A DNA stretch of 63,411 bases, counting the filler, from Folioceros fuciformis (Eukaryota), in assembly GCA_049999805.1 (NCBI GenBank). It is 7 parts of 7 records of this genome, joined end to end, with 100 filler letters (N's around TTAATTAATTAA, not from the genome) between each part and the next. Parts side by side here need not be neighbours in the genome. Positions count along the whole stretch, not along the records: positions 1 to 30,548 come from JBNGIO010006406.1; 6 more parts are not named here. One strand, 5' to 3'. Within the stretch, counting starts at the first letter, position 1. Each line of letters starts with the position of its first letter. Positions 10,474 to 22,419 of this stretch are shown one piece after another. The position numbers and the translations under genes were made by a program. Below the pieces are notes generated by a model. It had not been told where the DNA came from and did not search any database. It worked only from the letters and a program-made list of their open reading frames with translations.

Positions 10474-13400
10474 TCACCCCTCCGACTTGCTGGCGCTTGC
10501 CGTGAGGGATGAGAACAAGTTTGGCATCGATATCTCTCCAAAAGTGTCCTTCAATCTACCCACTTGCCCATCTGTCAATATAGAGCCCAGCTTCAAGGTG
10601 CTGCTTCCGACCTGCATCTCACGAGCAACTCGTTAGATGAAATGACTTTGGACCTATTCCAAGATACGAAGGGTCTTTCGGGCCAGCACCCAATGGAAAG
10701 TATTTGGAGGACGAGGACGTAAAGGAACACACGCTACACACCTGGGTCATGAAATTCTGGAAATTTTTAGCATTGGACGCTGACGCGGGAGAGTCCTCGA
10801 ACTGAAATGCAGAGGCATCACCCGCACTGCCGAAATGTCTTAACCGGCTCGTGTCCTCCTCCTTTCTCCTTGGCCGGGAAGGTGTTGATAACCCATTTGT
10901 TGATAGGTTTGGACCACTGCAGGTAGCAAAGTTGGTGCTCGTTACTGCTGCGAACTGTTAACACCGCTGTTGAGGAAAAGAGACAATGCTCGTGTACCAG
11001 AAAGAGATGTACCTGACTGGGAGATATGTGAATCGAGGAACTGTTGCCGACATATTCAAAACGTTGGCATCAGAAGAAGATGGTGGTCGATGCACATTGT
11101 CTTTATACAGGCGATTGAGCTGCATAAGCAACCCAAACAACACAGCTGATCTCTGGTAGAAGCGTCTCTCGTTTTCCCAGAGATGAGGTTCGTAACTGCA
11201 GCCCAGAACAGGATTGAAATCAGCACGGCATGCAACATTCACAGGCTGCTATACATGCTGGTCTCTGAAACAAAGCACCTCGGTATAGTTGCATCTAACG
11301 AAGAATCATCCGAGCAGGGATGAGAAAGATACTCACGTGGCCCAGTCAATTGGATCCAGCCTACTATGCAATTTAGACGCCAGCTTTACTGCCCATTTTT
11401 TACGGGCTGCTGCTGAAGCGTCAGACGAACTGTGGGCTTGATTTCTCCTTACATGGGAACCTGTACCAAGAGACTCAATACCTTTGTCCCCTTCAGATGC
11501 TTCCATATCTTCAGCTTTGATATTTTGGCCACCTGAAAGAACGTCTCCCATAAATCGTGCATCGAATAGGAGCTGTAGCAATCCTTTTTCTGAGATTTGA
11601 ACGCGACTTGGAGAAGTATCGTCAACAATACTTTCATATAATGAAAACGCCTGCACTACAAACAGGCATGTAAGGAAATCAGTAGTGGGAAATATATATA
11701 TATACTTATACGCACATCTGTACCATTCACATCTACTCCAGCAAAGACAGCAACCGAGGCCCTACGATTAAAAGAATTAAATCGGCACTCTGACCCAGCC
11801 GGAGAAAGTTGCGCACTTACATGTTCGCAAAGTTTCCAGGCAAACATACGTAGAACAACTCTGTCAAGCATGTGCCCACCAATCCTTCGTATTTCTTGGC
11901 ATGCGGCAAAGAGAGAAGCAACTGCATGAGCGGAAGGCATGGCTGGCAGTGCCATTTTCATCTCAACCAAACCACCCCCTTCTTCTTTTTGCTTCAGCAC
12001 CGTCTCCTCCCAACCCTTAACAGAAAGAAGTGTCAGGACGCCACAGCACAAAAGGCATAAAGGAACTACACTACAGTTCACAAGCCCACATATTTTTACC
12101 TTCAATGGATGTGTTGTTGCTAGACATTCATCTTTAAACAAGTCCCTCTTTAGGCAGGTAACGAGTTCCTCAGTGCTCCATGAAATCCAGATTTCATGGG
12201 CAGCTATGCTCTGACGCCTTAAACTCCGCTGCAGCTGTGCAAGCTTCAACGAGCCTTCATCCTCACCACCTGCACCAACCCTCCGTGCGTGCAACCGCCT
12301 CCCAGTTCCCTGTGGTTCAGAGTCCAGCCACGAATGCTGCCTCCATGACAACAAAGTTCCCCTAGAATTTGAGCTGGTGGCCTCTCTTGAGATCCAAAGG
12401 GCTGGAGGCCCAAGAATCACACAAAGAGCACATGAGTTGCGGGCCAAAGAAGCTGCTAGCCTTCCCAAAAATAGGGATCGCTCGACAATAAGTGACAAGT
12501 CTTCAACGACTGGAATAGTCGTCTCTGAATCCTTGACGGAGACCGGATGCTGCTTTGTCATATTGTTAGAGGACTTGCCCTCTGTATTCACATTCACATC
12601 GGACAGAACCCTATTTGACGTTCTGGATACGCGCTTCTTGCTCTCAGATAGAGATGTAAGTCTGGTTGAAATCTCTGCAACCACGTTTGAAATGCACTTA
12701 TGGCACTGCTCCTGAAGAAAAGGGGCAAGCTCTGTCATCCTTGCAGGAGTCTCAGGACCCTGCAGAAAGGTCACAGTGTCTTCTAGAATCTTTTGCAGTC
12801 CTCCATCAATGTTATCCTTAACCCCTGCAACATCCTCACCGTACCACAAGTTCATGCTGTCCGAGAGGTCTTTCACATCCTTAGAGGATTTCCAAAGAGG
12901 ATCCCCACAAGTTAGATTGCCCAGACCAACAGAAGCGTCCAGCCCTTTCATCGTGTGGATGTCTTGGAAGGAAGAGAACGCGCCACCTTGCAGAGCATAC
13001 GGGCTGTCCAAGCTCAGGTGCTGGACCAACGACGACGATGACTTGACAGCAGCAAGACCTTCGTCCAGCTTTGTCCCTACACCGATTTCACCAAACTTCA
13101 AGGTAATGACTCCCTTAGCCCTCCGCACGAAAACCTTCTCAAATATGGCAGTCCATATGTTAACAGGCTGGCTGAGCAACAGATCACACACACGGTCCCA
13201 CGGGGAATCAATGTCCTTGCCGAAGGCACTTTTTAGCCAATCTAAACTGGCATCCATTGCAGCATGGGTCTCCACAGCCTCTCTTATCGATTTCTCTATG
13301 TCCGCAAGCTCACTAACGCTCTTGATTTCCTCGAGCAGGAGCTTGCCCTCCGCAGATATTTCCTCCGCACACGCACTCAGCCATGAAACGCAGGCCTGTG

Positions 13401-14445
13401 ATATGTGCTCGCTACTCAGCGGAACCATGCAGATCTCCACCTTGTCTCTATGTGTCTTCCAAAGACGGACTTCCTTTTCCGGATTCGGAATGCCACCAAA
13501 GAGCTGCGACGCTGGAGGCGACGTGAGGACCGTGCTGAACAAGAGCGGTGCCTTCCCATTCGACACCTCCAGAAACAGCTCCCCGACATGACAAAGGGAA
13601 GACTGGATCATGAACACCAGTCTCTGAAGCAGAGCGGAAACGGCCGTAACCTCCAACGTGAGCGCTAAATCCGCTCCTCCGGCTCCCTTATCCCTCACCA
13701 GTCTATCCCTACCCGCAAACGCTGCCCTGAGCTGACTCCGGATCCACGATCTGCGAGTCTCCAGAAAAAGGGAGAACACCTGCCCAGACGTGAGCTCATC
13801 CGTAGTTGCCACAGCCGCAAGGGCAACGGCGTACTCAGCAACCTGCAGCCCAGGCTCCTGCAATCGCTCCCTGCTCCGCTTGGAAATCTGGTCTCGAAGA
13901 CTCTCCACCAGCGGCCCCCGTTGCTTGAGCAGCGGGCAATTGGCCAGCAACTCCGTCTTCTCCTCCGACAGCAGCGCGTGCACCTCCCTGGCCCTCCAAT
14001 ACCTCTCCGACCCCTCCAAATACATATGCTTGTCCAGACACCCCCAGATCTTTTCCGGTGTATCCACCAGAAACTTGAGCCGGCTGGCGGTCCCGTACAA
14101 TTGCTCCCTCCTGGTCCTCTCCTGGTCCGCCTCCGCAGACGTCCTCTGCACTACGATAGTCCGCTTCAAGCTTTCAAACCCGTGCTCCATTTTCCGGATA
14201 TTGTCCGCTACAGCCTCGCACGATTTCTTCATCAACACGATGGAATCAGCGCTCTCGATCAGGTCCCTGTAGCTGGCCCCAACCAGCTGACGAAGCTCCT
14301 CTTTCTTTTCCTCGATCTCCCTGCGCGTCCTGCTCTCCACTTCTCGGATCTCTGCAACCGTGCGCGTCTCGAACAGCGCCTCGGCATTCCGAACGTTGGC
14401 ATCGTCCGCCGCTCCGATCGCGGGGAGTCTGCCTCCCATCCTCAT
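10474..14445 (-). CDS. COG1: Conserved oligomeric Golgi complex subunit 1, 6 exons: 14445-12100, 12015-11821, 11650-11337, 11195-11013, 10916-10742, 10611-10474
   Basis: N-terminal Vps51-type AEALFE..EIREVE..EKKEELRQLVGASYRDLIESADSI, then LKFLVDTPEKIWG, LQLLFDARF, RLDPIDWATYEPHLW, PRFTYLPV and LKLGSILTDGQVG. GT-AG junctions keep the frame. Confidence 0.92.
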
Positions 14446-14959
14446 CCTGCTGCATCTGCTATTCCTCCTGCACCCGTCTTCCTTCACGCTGCTTTCCCGA
14501 GCAACCAACGACGGATGAATTATTTATTATTTTCGACAACCCGACCTTTATGCATACAACAGGAAGATCCAAGATTGTGCTCGAAACGAGAAGACATGCA
14601 GCAAGGGAGAGCAAAGAGAGCTCCGGGCCGCAAGACGCCGAAGAGCCCAAGCCAACGAAGGAAGGGGAGGGCCTTGACAACGCAAGCCCCGGAGAAGGAG
14701 CAACGCATCCAAGCGTACGTGGGAGGCGCATTAGAAGCCCTAAGAGCAAAGAAAGGCCCCCTCTTGCAAGCGAGTGCGTGACCGAGTTCTTTGCCTTGCA
14801 GAGGTATTCTCGGTCTTCATAGTTTTCGAGAAATCCCTTCCTCTCCCACCTTTTGTTGGGAGGGACGTGAGAATCATGTTGTTGACCGCGTGTGAGACAG
14901 CAATCAGAGTTGACAACGGGCAGTTCCACATAAAAGGTCTTGAGGTGGTGAGAAAGCAT

Positions 14960-15270
14960 GGTGCTAAGGATGAGGTGAAGAACGCCCTGGTGGCCATTGA
15001 GAAAAGCCCAGGTCGAGGTGGCATTCCCAAAGCGTTTCTGATAGTTTGCATGGGGATTGGAATTCTGGTGTAATCCTCTAATGCTGGCAAACGTAGATAG
15101 TTGCGTATAGGGACCCCATTGGAGAGAGTGTGAATCAAATTCTACCAGGCATCTCGCTAAATCGAATGCCTCTAAGTCCATGGCGTCCCATAAGAATGGT
15201 GACTACATTGATTACCAAGACCCTGGCCAATCGCATTTTGCTCTTGAAAAGCTACATGGCTGGATTGGAA
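14960..15270 (+). mobile_element. Highly decayed LINE reverse-transcriptase fragment
   Basis: DEVKNALVAIEKSPGRGGIPKAFL and LSPWRPIRMVTTLITKTLANRI align by eye with DEVLQALKGMPRNKSPGHDGIPPEFL and ISNWRPITLLTTTYKVIARVLANRI of the LINE at 30160-30450. The frames are broken. Confidence 0.7.
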
Positions 15271-15667
15271 CTGGCGACAAGCGTTGGTTTACTGAGACGG
15301 CCTACTTTTGGTCAGGGAGGCCAAGTGCAAGTGGCCAATCATCGGCTCTGGAGAACAGCAAAGTATCGTCAAGATTACCAGTACATACTAGCATGAGACT
15401 CCTCGAAATAATTTGAAATAAATATTCCGAGAGCGCCAACGTAAGGGTGTTCTGCGTTCCGACGTCGGGAAGTCTATAACAAAAGCGACTTTCTTTCTCA
15501 TCTCCACCGTACCGAGGAAACTTATATTTAGGGCTAGCCTTTCCCTACAAATATGGGTCCAGTCCCGCATCCAGCACACGCCTTGGCAGGGAGGTCTGAG
15601 GAGGGGACGCTCATGGCGTGAGATCACAAGGCGCTCGCGCGTCGGGAACAAAGCGAGCAGGTACAGA

Positions 15668-18600
15668 ATGGCCGGCTTCAAAGTTGCCGGATTCGCGCAG
15701 GGCTTGGAGCGGCTGGAGGCGGAAGCCGCGGCATCAGGAGGTCTCCAGCAGCCCTCAGGCGCTGAGCGAGTCGTGTTCAAAGTGCCCGCTGAACGGAAGT
15801 CTGTTTTAGGGCTTGATGCCCTCGCTCGAGCCAAGCGAGCATCCGAGGGAGAGCTGCCCGGAGCCGGGACTAAGCGGACGCATGTGGAATGGGGTGCAGC
15901 ATCATCGGCAGCTCAAGAGACGGGTATCGATGATCAGCAGGAACAGGAGCAGGGCGGGGACGAGGTGCAGGAGAAATTGCAGGAATGGAAGGCGCCTGGA
16001 AATGGAGCGCGCGCGGGGCCGAGCAGCAGGATCGTGGCGGGGAGGAATTACCGCAGCNNNNNNNNNNNNNNNNNNNNNNNNNNNNNNNNNNNNNNNNNNN
16101 NNNNNNNNNNNNNNNNNNNNNNNNNNNNNNNNNNNNNNNNNNNNNNNNNNNNNNNNNCCGCTCGGCACCGCGGGAGGGACGACCGGTGGAACCCAAGCGG
16201 CGACCGACACAGGCCGCCACGGAGCGAGGACAAGGGCAGGGAGCGGGACGGGGACTGGAGAGACGGGAGGGAGCTCGGTTCGCGGAGCAGCGGGAGCAGT
16301 AAGGGGTCGAATTATCAGCAGAGGAGGAACTCAAGTTCGAGCTCGGCGTGGGATGATGGGAGGTGGGAATGGGAAGACACTCCTCGGCGGGCCGGATCGT
16401 CGAGGGAGCACTCCCGGGGGCCTCCGTCGCCTGCTCCGTCGTTTATGCCGCCGTCTCCAGCAGAGTCGCTCCTCGTGTCGCCTTGGGGTGGGGACACTCC
16501 CTACGCGAGGTCGTCGGCGTGGGACATGGCGTCGCCTGCCCCGGAGAGGATACGGGCTGGTAGTGCGGCGTCGAGGGACAGTTCCGGGATCGGTGGGCGG
16601 AGGGAAAGGCATCACATGACGTTCAGACAGGAGGGGAGCTCAACGTCCGGGAACGGGCAGGAAATTGTGTTCCGAAGCAGGAGGCAGCTCACTGAGGAGG
16701 AGATGCGGGCGGAGATGGAGGCTGCGGAAATGGTGTCCGACAGGTCGTGGTACGACCGTGATGAGGGGGGTTCCGCTGCGTTCGAGTCGGAGGGGAGCGA
16801 GCCGTTTCTGGGCGACGAGGCTACCTTCAAGAAGAGGGAGGCTGAGATGGCGAAGCGGCTGACGCGGAGGGATGGGTCGCAGATGAGTCTGGCTCAGAGC
16901 AAGAAGCTCTCGCAGCTGAGTGCAGATAATGCGCAGTGGGAGGATCGGCAGCTTCTCAGGTCGGGGGCGGTGCGGAGCACGGAGCAGCAGACGGAGTTCG
17001 ATGACGAGGAGGAGAGCAGGGTGATCTTGCTGGTGCACGATACCAAGCCACCGTTTCTGGACGGGAGGGTGGTGTTTACCAAGCAGTCTGAGCCTGTGAT
17101 GCCGGTCAAGGATCCCACGTCTGACATGGCTATTATTGCGAGGAAGGGCTCTGGGCTCGTTCGGGAGATTCGGGAAAAGCAGAGCCAGAACAAGTCCCGG
17201 CAGCGATTCTGGGAGCTTGCTGGCTCAAAGTTGGGGAACATTCTGGGAGTCGAAAAGACGGAGGATCAGATTGATGCCGACAATGTTGAGGTAGGTGATG
17301 AGGGTGAAGTTGACTTCAGGAAGAACAACACATTTGCGACTCACATGAAGGATAATAAAAGTCAGGCCTCCAGTAGCTTCGCGAGGGAAAAGACTTTGAT
17401 CGAGCAGAGGCAATATTTGCCAATATTTTCTATAAGGGATGAGCTTCTCCAGGTGATTAGAGACAACCAGGTAATAGTGGTTGTTGGTGAGACGGGATCT
17501 GGAAAGACTACGCAGATGACTCAGTATCTCCATGAGGATGGATATACTAGAAACGGCATGATTGGTTGTACTCAGCCCAGGCGTGTGGCAGCAATGAGTG
17601 TTGCTAAGCGTGTCAGTGACGAAATGGATTGTGAGCTAGGCGACAAGGTTGGGTATGCTATCCGATTTGAAGATGTGACTAGTGACAAGACTGTCATCAA
17701 ATATATGACAGATGGTGTGCTTCTGCGAGAAACCTTGCGAGAGTCTGACCTCGATGGCTACAGCGTGGTGATCATGGACGAGGCTCATGAACGATCTCTG
17801 AACACAGATGTGCTGTTTGGCATTTTGAAGCAGGTTGTGGCACGTCGACGAGATTTCAAGCTCATTGTGACTTCCGCGACTCTGAATGCACAGAAGTTTT
17901 CCAACTTCTTTGGGAGTGTTCCTGTGTTTCATATTCCAGGGCGAACGTTTCCTGTGAACATTCTTTACAGCAAGACTCCTTGTGAAGATTATGTGGATGC
18001 AGCAGTCAAGCAAGCCATGGCAATACACATTACCTCTCCGGCAGGCGATATCCTCATTTTCATGACTGGTCAAGACGAAATTGAGTGCTGCTGTTTTGCA
18101 CTAGCAGAACGAATCCAGCAATTGGAGGACAGCTCGGAAAAGGCAGTGGCCCCTCTCTCAATCCTTCCCATTTACTCTCAATTGCCAGCTGACCTGCAGG
18201 CCAAGATATTTCAGAAGGCAGATGATGGTGCTCGCAAGTGTATAGTAGCAACCAACATTGCAGAAACATCCTTAACTGTGGATGGTATTTTCTACGTCAT
18301 TGACTCGGGGTATGGAAAGATCAAAGTCTACAACCCGAGAATGGGTATGGACGCCCTACAGGTTTTTCCGGTGAGTCGTGCAGCAGCAGATCAACGTTCT
18401 GGCCGAGCAGGTCGAACAGGTCCAGGAACGTGCTATCGCCTTTACACGGAAACAGCTTATCAAAACGAAATGCTGCCAAACCCGGTGCCAGAGATTCAGC
18501 GCACCAATTTGGGCAACGTTGTTTTGTTGTTGAAGTCTCTCAAAGTTGAAAACCTGCTGGATTTCGATTTCATGGACCCACCACCACAGGAAAATATTCT

Positions 18601-19516
18601 GAACTCTATGTACCAGCTGTGGGTTCTGGGTGCCCTAGACAATGTAGGTGGGCTCACATCTTTGGGACGGAAGATGGTGGAATTTCCTTTGGATCCATCT
18701 CTGGCGAAAATGCTCTTGATGGGGGATGAATTAGGCTGTGTGAGTGAGGTTTTGACCATTGTGTCCATGCTATCAGTTCCTTCAGTCTTCTTCAGGCCAA
18801 AAGACCGAGCTGAAGAGAGTGATGCTGCAAGGGAGAAGTTCTTTGTGCCAGAAAGTGACCACCTTACTCTCTTAAATGTGTACCAGCAATGGGAAGCAAA
18901 CCAATGCAGGGGTGATTGGTGCAACGATCATTATCTGCATGTGAAGGGCCTTCGCAAAGCTCGGGAAGTGCGTTCTCAGCTTCTTGACATTCTGAAGATG
19001 CAGAAGATAGCACTGTCTACGTCACCTTCTGATTGGGACATGGTGCGGAAGGCAATTTGTTCATCTTATTTCCACAACTCTGCCCGTCTCAAAGGTGTTG
19101 GTGAGTACGTGAACTGCAGGACGGGCATGCCCTGTCATCTCCACCCGAGCAGTGCCCTCTATGGGCTCGGATATACACCGGACTATATTGTCTATCATGA
19201 ACTTGTCCTGACTTCAAAGGAGTACATGCAATGTGTCACAGCCGTTGAGCCGCAGTGGCTTGCAGAGCTGGGTCCAATGTTCTTCTCAGTGAAAGACTCC
19301 AACACGTCGAGACTTCAACAGATTCGGAAGCAGCGAGAAGAAAAGACGGCTATGGAGCAGGAAATGGATGAGCTAAGGAAGAGGCAAGCTGTGGAAGAGG
19401 AGATGAAGAAGGAGAAAGAACAGGCAGCACGACTGAAGGAGAAGCAGACATTGTCTACTTTCGGCCGAAGAGAACCTGGAACACCGGCACGCACTCCCAG
19501 GCGGTTGGGCTTGTAG
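15668..19516 (+). CDS. PRP16: Pre-mRNA splicing DEAH-box RNA helicase PRP16 (DHX38), apparently intronless; spans a 100-N gap at 16058-16157
   Basis: [41 protein letters not shown] and [12 protein letters not shown], plus the PRP16-specific [14 protein letters not shown] and VKDPTSDMA motifs. Confidence 0.96.
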   Translation: MAGFKVAGFAQGLERLEAEAAASGGLQQPSGAERVVFKVPAERKSVLGLDALARAKRASEGELPGAGTKRTHVEWGAASSAAQETGIDDQQEQEQGGDEVQEKLQEWKAPGNGARAGPSSRIVAGRNYRSXXXXXXXXXXXXXXXXXXXXXXXXXXXXXXXXXXARHRGRDDRWNPSGDRHRPPRSEDKGRERDGDWRDGRELGSRSSGSSKGSNYQQRRNSSSSSAWDDGRWEWEDTPRRAGSSREHSRGPPSPAPSFMPPSPAESLLVSPWGGDTPYARSSAWDMASPAPERIRAGSAASRDSSGIGGRRERHHMTFRQEGSSTSGNGQEIVFRSRRQLTEEEMRAEMEAAEMVSDRSWYDRDEGGSAAFESEGSEPFLGDEATFKKREAEMAKRLTRRDGSQMSLAQSKKLSQLSADNAQWEDRQLLRSGAVRSTEQQTEFDDEEESRVILLVHDTKPPFLDGRVVFTKQSEPVMPVKDPTSDMAIIARKGSGLVREIREKQSQNKSRQRFWELAGSKLGNILGVEKTEDQIDADNVEVGDEGEVDFRKNNTFATHMKDNKSQASSSFAREKTLIEQRQYLPIFSIRDELLQVIRDNQVIVVVGETGSGKTTQMTQYLHEDGYTRNGMIGCTQPRRVAAMSVAKRVSDEMDCELGDKVGYAIRFEDVTSDKTVIKYMTDGVLLRETLRESDLDGYSVVIMDEAHERSLNTDVLFGILKQVVARRRDFKLIVTSATLNAQKFSNFFGSVPVFHIPGRTFPVNILYSKTPCEDYVDAAVKQAMAIHITSPAGDILIFMTGQDEIECCCFALAERIQQLEDSSEKAVAPLSILPIYSQLPADLQAKIFQKADDGARKCIVATNIAETSLTVDGIFYVIDSGYGKIKVYNPRMGMDALQVFPVSRAAADQRSGRAGRTGPGTCYRLYTETAYQNEMLPNPVPEIQRTNLGNVVLLLKSLKVENLLDFDFMDPPPQENILNSMYQLWVLGALDNVGGLTSLGRKMVEFPLDPSLAKMLLMGDELGCVSEVLTIVSMLSVPSVFFRPKDRAEESDAAREKFFVPESDHLTLLNVYQQWEANQCRGDWCNDHYLHVKGLRKAREVRSQLLDILKMQKIALSTSPSDWDMVRKAICSSYFHNSARLKGVGEYVNCRTGMPCHLHPSSALYGLGYTPDYIVYHELVLTSKEYMQCVTAVEPQWLAELGPMFFSVKDSNTSRLQQIRKQREEKTAMEQEMDELRKRQAVEEEMKKEKEQAARLKEKQTLSTFGRREPGTPARTPRRLGL

Positions 19517-20127
19517 AGATGGGATCTTCAGTTTAATTGCAGACTTGCAGGCGGTCAAATTTTCACCTCTATGTGCTCCTGGGTGTGTATTGTATGTCGA
19601 AACGTTTTCCACAGCAGTTTCGGTCGATCTCTGTTTTTTTCTCGTCTGTGAGATCACTTCCTCTGATCAAATTGCTTGGAACATTCCTTCCAATCGTGGT
19701 TGATTGTGGAGGTTGACTGTGGTTTGTCAGGCACTACTCAGATTTGCCGAAGAGAAAAGGCCGTCAACGGCTGAACCAAGGGTTTATAGGTGCCAGCTAT
19801 TTGAGCTTAGGAATGTTTAACGGTGAGATTGTTAACAACCTTGAATGATTACTCATATTGTCACCGCTATGTTTGAGGTCTTGTGTGGTGGTCTGATGAG
19901 GCTGCCTATCTGTTTGCCCTCCTGTCACAGTTTTGCAGCCGCTGGAAAAGGACGGACATCGAGGTGGTCTGTATGGCAGGCTGGATTGTTGTAACGGCGG
20001 TGACTGAAAGTGTCCCGTCCAAAGCTTTTACATCCGTAGCGAAACGTTGTCTGTAGTAGCATGAGTGGGGTTTTGTTAATTCGAGCGGAGTGTTGAAGAC
20101 ACCGCAGCTGCTATTAGGCCGTGAGCC

Positions 20128-22419
20128 ATGTCCGTGTGGAGTGTGGTTGCACTCGAACCATTCAAATTGCAGGAGAATCCGTTGTGCATCCGATTGAGTG
20201 TCGTAGGAACAGCTCCCTTCCGTCCAACCTCATTCAGAAACACAGGCAGGACACGCAGGCATCTTAGGAAATGTGCCATCTCTGCAATCAGCTCTGTCCC
20301 AGCCAGTCAAGCTCCGAATGGTCGCCATGTGTGCTACGAGAGCATGCCGGAGGAGCGGCCGAGCTACGGCATGCGCGTGTCGGGTAGAACTGTGAGTAAG
20401 CTATGGGAAGACGGCCATCTCACCGAGGCCGTTGAGGCTTTGGAGTTTCTGGTGCACACCGGCCGTCCTGTTTCCAAAGCTTTCCTCTACGCAGTCCTGA
20501 AGAAATGTACAGCCAAGAAGGAGCTTGGTCTGGGAAGCCGCGTCCATGCTTTGACTGTGAGAAAGGGGTACCGAGCAGACCCGTTCCTGTGCAACCATAT
20601 CCTGCGGATGTATGCTTCTCATGGCAGGTTGCAAGACGCGATGGATGTGTTTCAAGGTGTTGCCGCACCGGACGCCTTCATGTGGTCATCTATAATCTCT
20701 GCTCATGTCAAGCATCGACGAGATGGGCTGGCCGTAGATCTGTACCATCGGATGCGCAGGTCCAGCGTGGAACCAGACGGGCATGTGTTTGTGGCAGCCC
20801 TCCAGGCTTGTGCCAGGAGCGGAGACTTGAAGTCCGGCCAGCGGGTGCATGCTGATGTGCTGGCCAGTGGCCTTGAGCCTGACCTATTTGTTTCTACTGG
20901 CTTGGTCAACATGTATGCAAAGTGTGGCAGCTTGGAGGATGCGAGGGGTGTGTTTGACGGACTTAGAGCCAAAAACGTGGTGATATGGAATGCCATGATC
21001 GCCGGCTATTCCCAGCATAACATGGGCCAGGAAGCCCTGCGTCTTTACGGTGCTATGCAAGAAGAAGGCAAGGCACCCAATGACGTTACATTTTTGGCTG
21101 TGCTGCAGGCATGCGCGAGTGTGGGCACTCCGGCACTGGAGGCGGGAAAGCAGCTGCATGCACAGATCAAGGAACTCGGACATGACGCTGATATATTTGT
21201 AGCCAGCAGTTTGGTCAACATGTATGCAAAATGTGGGAGCGTAGAAGACGCGCAGACGGTTTTCGACCTGCTTGGGCACAAAAATGTGGTCACGTGGACT
21301 GCCATGATAGCGGGCTATGCCAAGCAGGGAATGGGACACGAAGCCCTTCGTCTTTACAGTGCCATGCAACTCGAAGGATTGGCGGTACCCAACTCTGTGA
21401 CATTCACGTGCCTCCTCCAGGCATGTGCAAACGTCGCAGCTCTGAATGTAGGAAGGCAGCTTCATGCACAGATAATAGATCAAGAGCTTCAGGCTGATGT
21501 GTGTGTGGTCGGCAGTTTGATTAACATGTACGGGAAGTGTGGGAGTATGGTTGATGCACAGCAGGTGTTTGATGGGCTGCGTGAAAGAGACCTTGTCGCC
21601 TGGAGTGCACTGATAGCAGGCTACACTTATCAGGGTGAAAGTGAAGTGGTCTTTGGCTTAGCACAGAGAATGAGAAAGGATGGACACCAGCCAGACAGCA
21701 TCACATTCCTCAGTCTACTGACAGTATGCAGTCACGAAGGTCTGGTGGAGAAGGGCTGGGAGTACTTTCATGCCATGACCAACCATTACGGCATCACTCC
21801 CACAGTGGAGCACTACGCGTGCATGGTGGATATCTTGGGCCGTGCAGGACGGTTGGACCAGGCACTGGCTCTGGTGAACTCAATGCCTGTATTGCCTACT
21901 ACCGCAGTTTGGCACACACTGTTGGGCAGTTGTCGAAAGTGGAGGAACGTGGAGGTGGGACGTCATGCCTTCAATGAAGCAGTGAAGCTAGACAAGAAAG
22001 ATGCCGCAGCCCATGTATTGATGTCAAATATCTACGTTGGTGCGCACATGTGGGAGCTTGCCCGGAAGATACAGTCGAGGCGGAAACGAATCAGGGCGTG
22101 GAAGCAGCCGGCCCAAAGCTTGTGGACAGACCATGACGGTCTTGTGCACAGTTTCTTGGTTGGGGATGAACGGCTTCCGGAGGATCTGATCAGTGTCACT
22201 CTTCAACTTCTGAAGCTGAAGAATGGGCCACAGTCAGTATCGACAATGGCCCATGTTTCTGACAATTTCTGGAGGCACGGGGCCCAGCTGTCCACCGTGT
22301 ACGTGTACACCCTGAGCAACAGTTCTGAGATTGAAATAAGCACTGAGATGAAATTATCATTTTTTAGGAAAGGTCGTAAACAATTATTTAGCATAATATC
22401 TGAGCCAACTGTTCTATAA
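20128..22419 (+). CDS. PLS-class PPR protein with E domains and a degenerate WW-type DYW extension (organelle RNA-editing factor family)
   Basis: Repeated P-L-S triplets (NVVIWNAMIAGY / NDVTFLAVLQAC / DIFVASSLVNMYAKCGS), TVEHYACMVDILGRAGRL, AAHVLMSNIY and AWKQPAQSLWTDHDGLVHSFLVGD. Intronless, with a transit-peptide-like N-terminus. Confidence 0.93.
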   Translation: MSVWSVVALEPFKLQENPLCIRLSVVGTAPFRPTSFRNTGRTRRHLRKCAISAISSVPASQAPNGRHVCYESMPEERPSYGMRVSGRTVSKLWEDGHLTEAVEALEFLVHTGRPVSKAFLYAVLKKCTAKKELGLGSRVHALTVRKGYRADPFLCNHILRMYASHGRLQDAMDVFQGVAAPDAFMWSSIISAHVKHRRDGLAVDLYHRMRRSSVEPDGHVFVAALQACARSGDLKSGQRVHADVLASGLEPDLFVSTGLVNMYAKCGSLEDARGVFDGLRAKNVVIWNAMIAGYSQHNMGQEALRLYGAMQEEGKAPNDVTFLAVLQACASVGTPALEAGKQLHAQIKELGHDADIFVASSLVNMYAKCGSVEDAQTVFDLLGHKNVVTWTAMIAGYAKQGMGHEALRLYSAMQLEGLAVPNSVTFTCLLQACANVAALNVGRQLHAQIIDQELQADVCVVGSLINMYGKCGSMVDAQQVFDGLRERDLVAWSALIAGYTYQGESEVVFGLAQRMRKDGHQPDSITFLSLLTVCSHEGLVEKGWEYFHAMTNHYGITPTVEHYACMVDILGRAGRLDQALALVNSMPVLPTTAVWHTLLGSCRKWRNVEVGRHAFNEAVKLDKKDAAAHVLMSNIYVGAHMWELARKIQSRRKRIRAWKQPAQSLWTDHDGLVHSFLVGDERLPEDLISVTLQLLKLKNGPQSVSTMAHVSDNFWRHGAQLSTVYVYTLSNSSEIEISTEMKLSFFRKGRKQLFSIISEPTVL

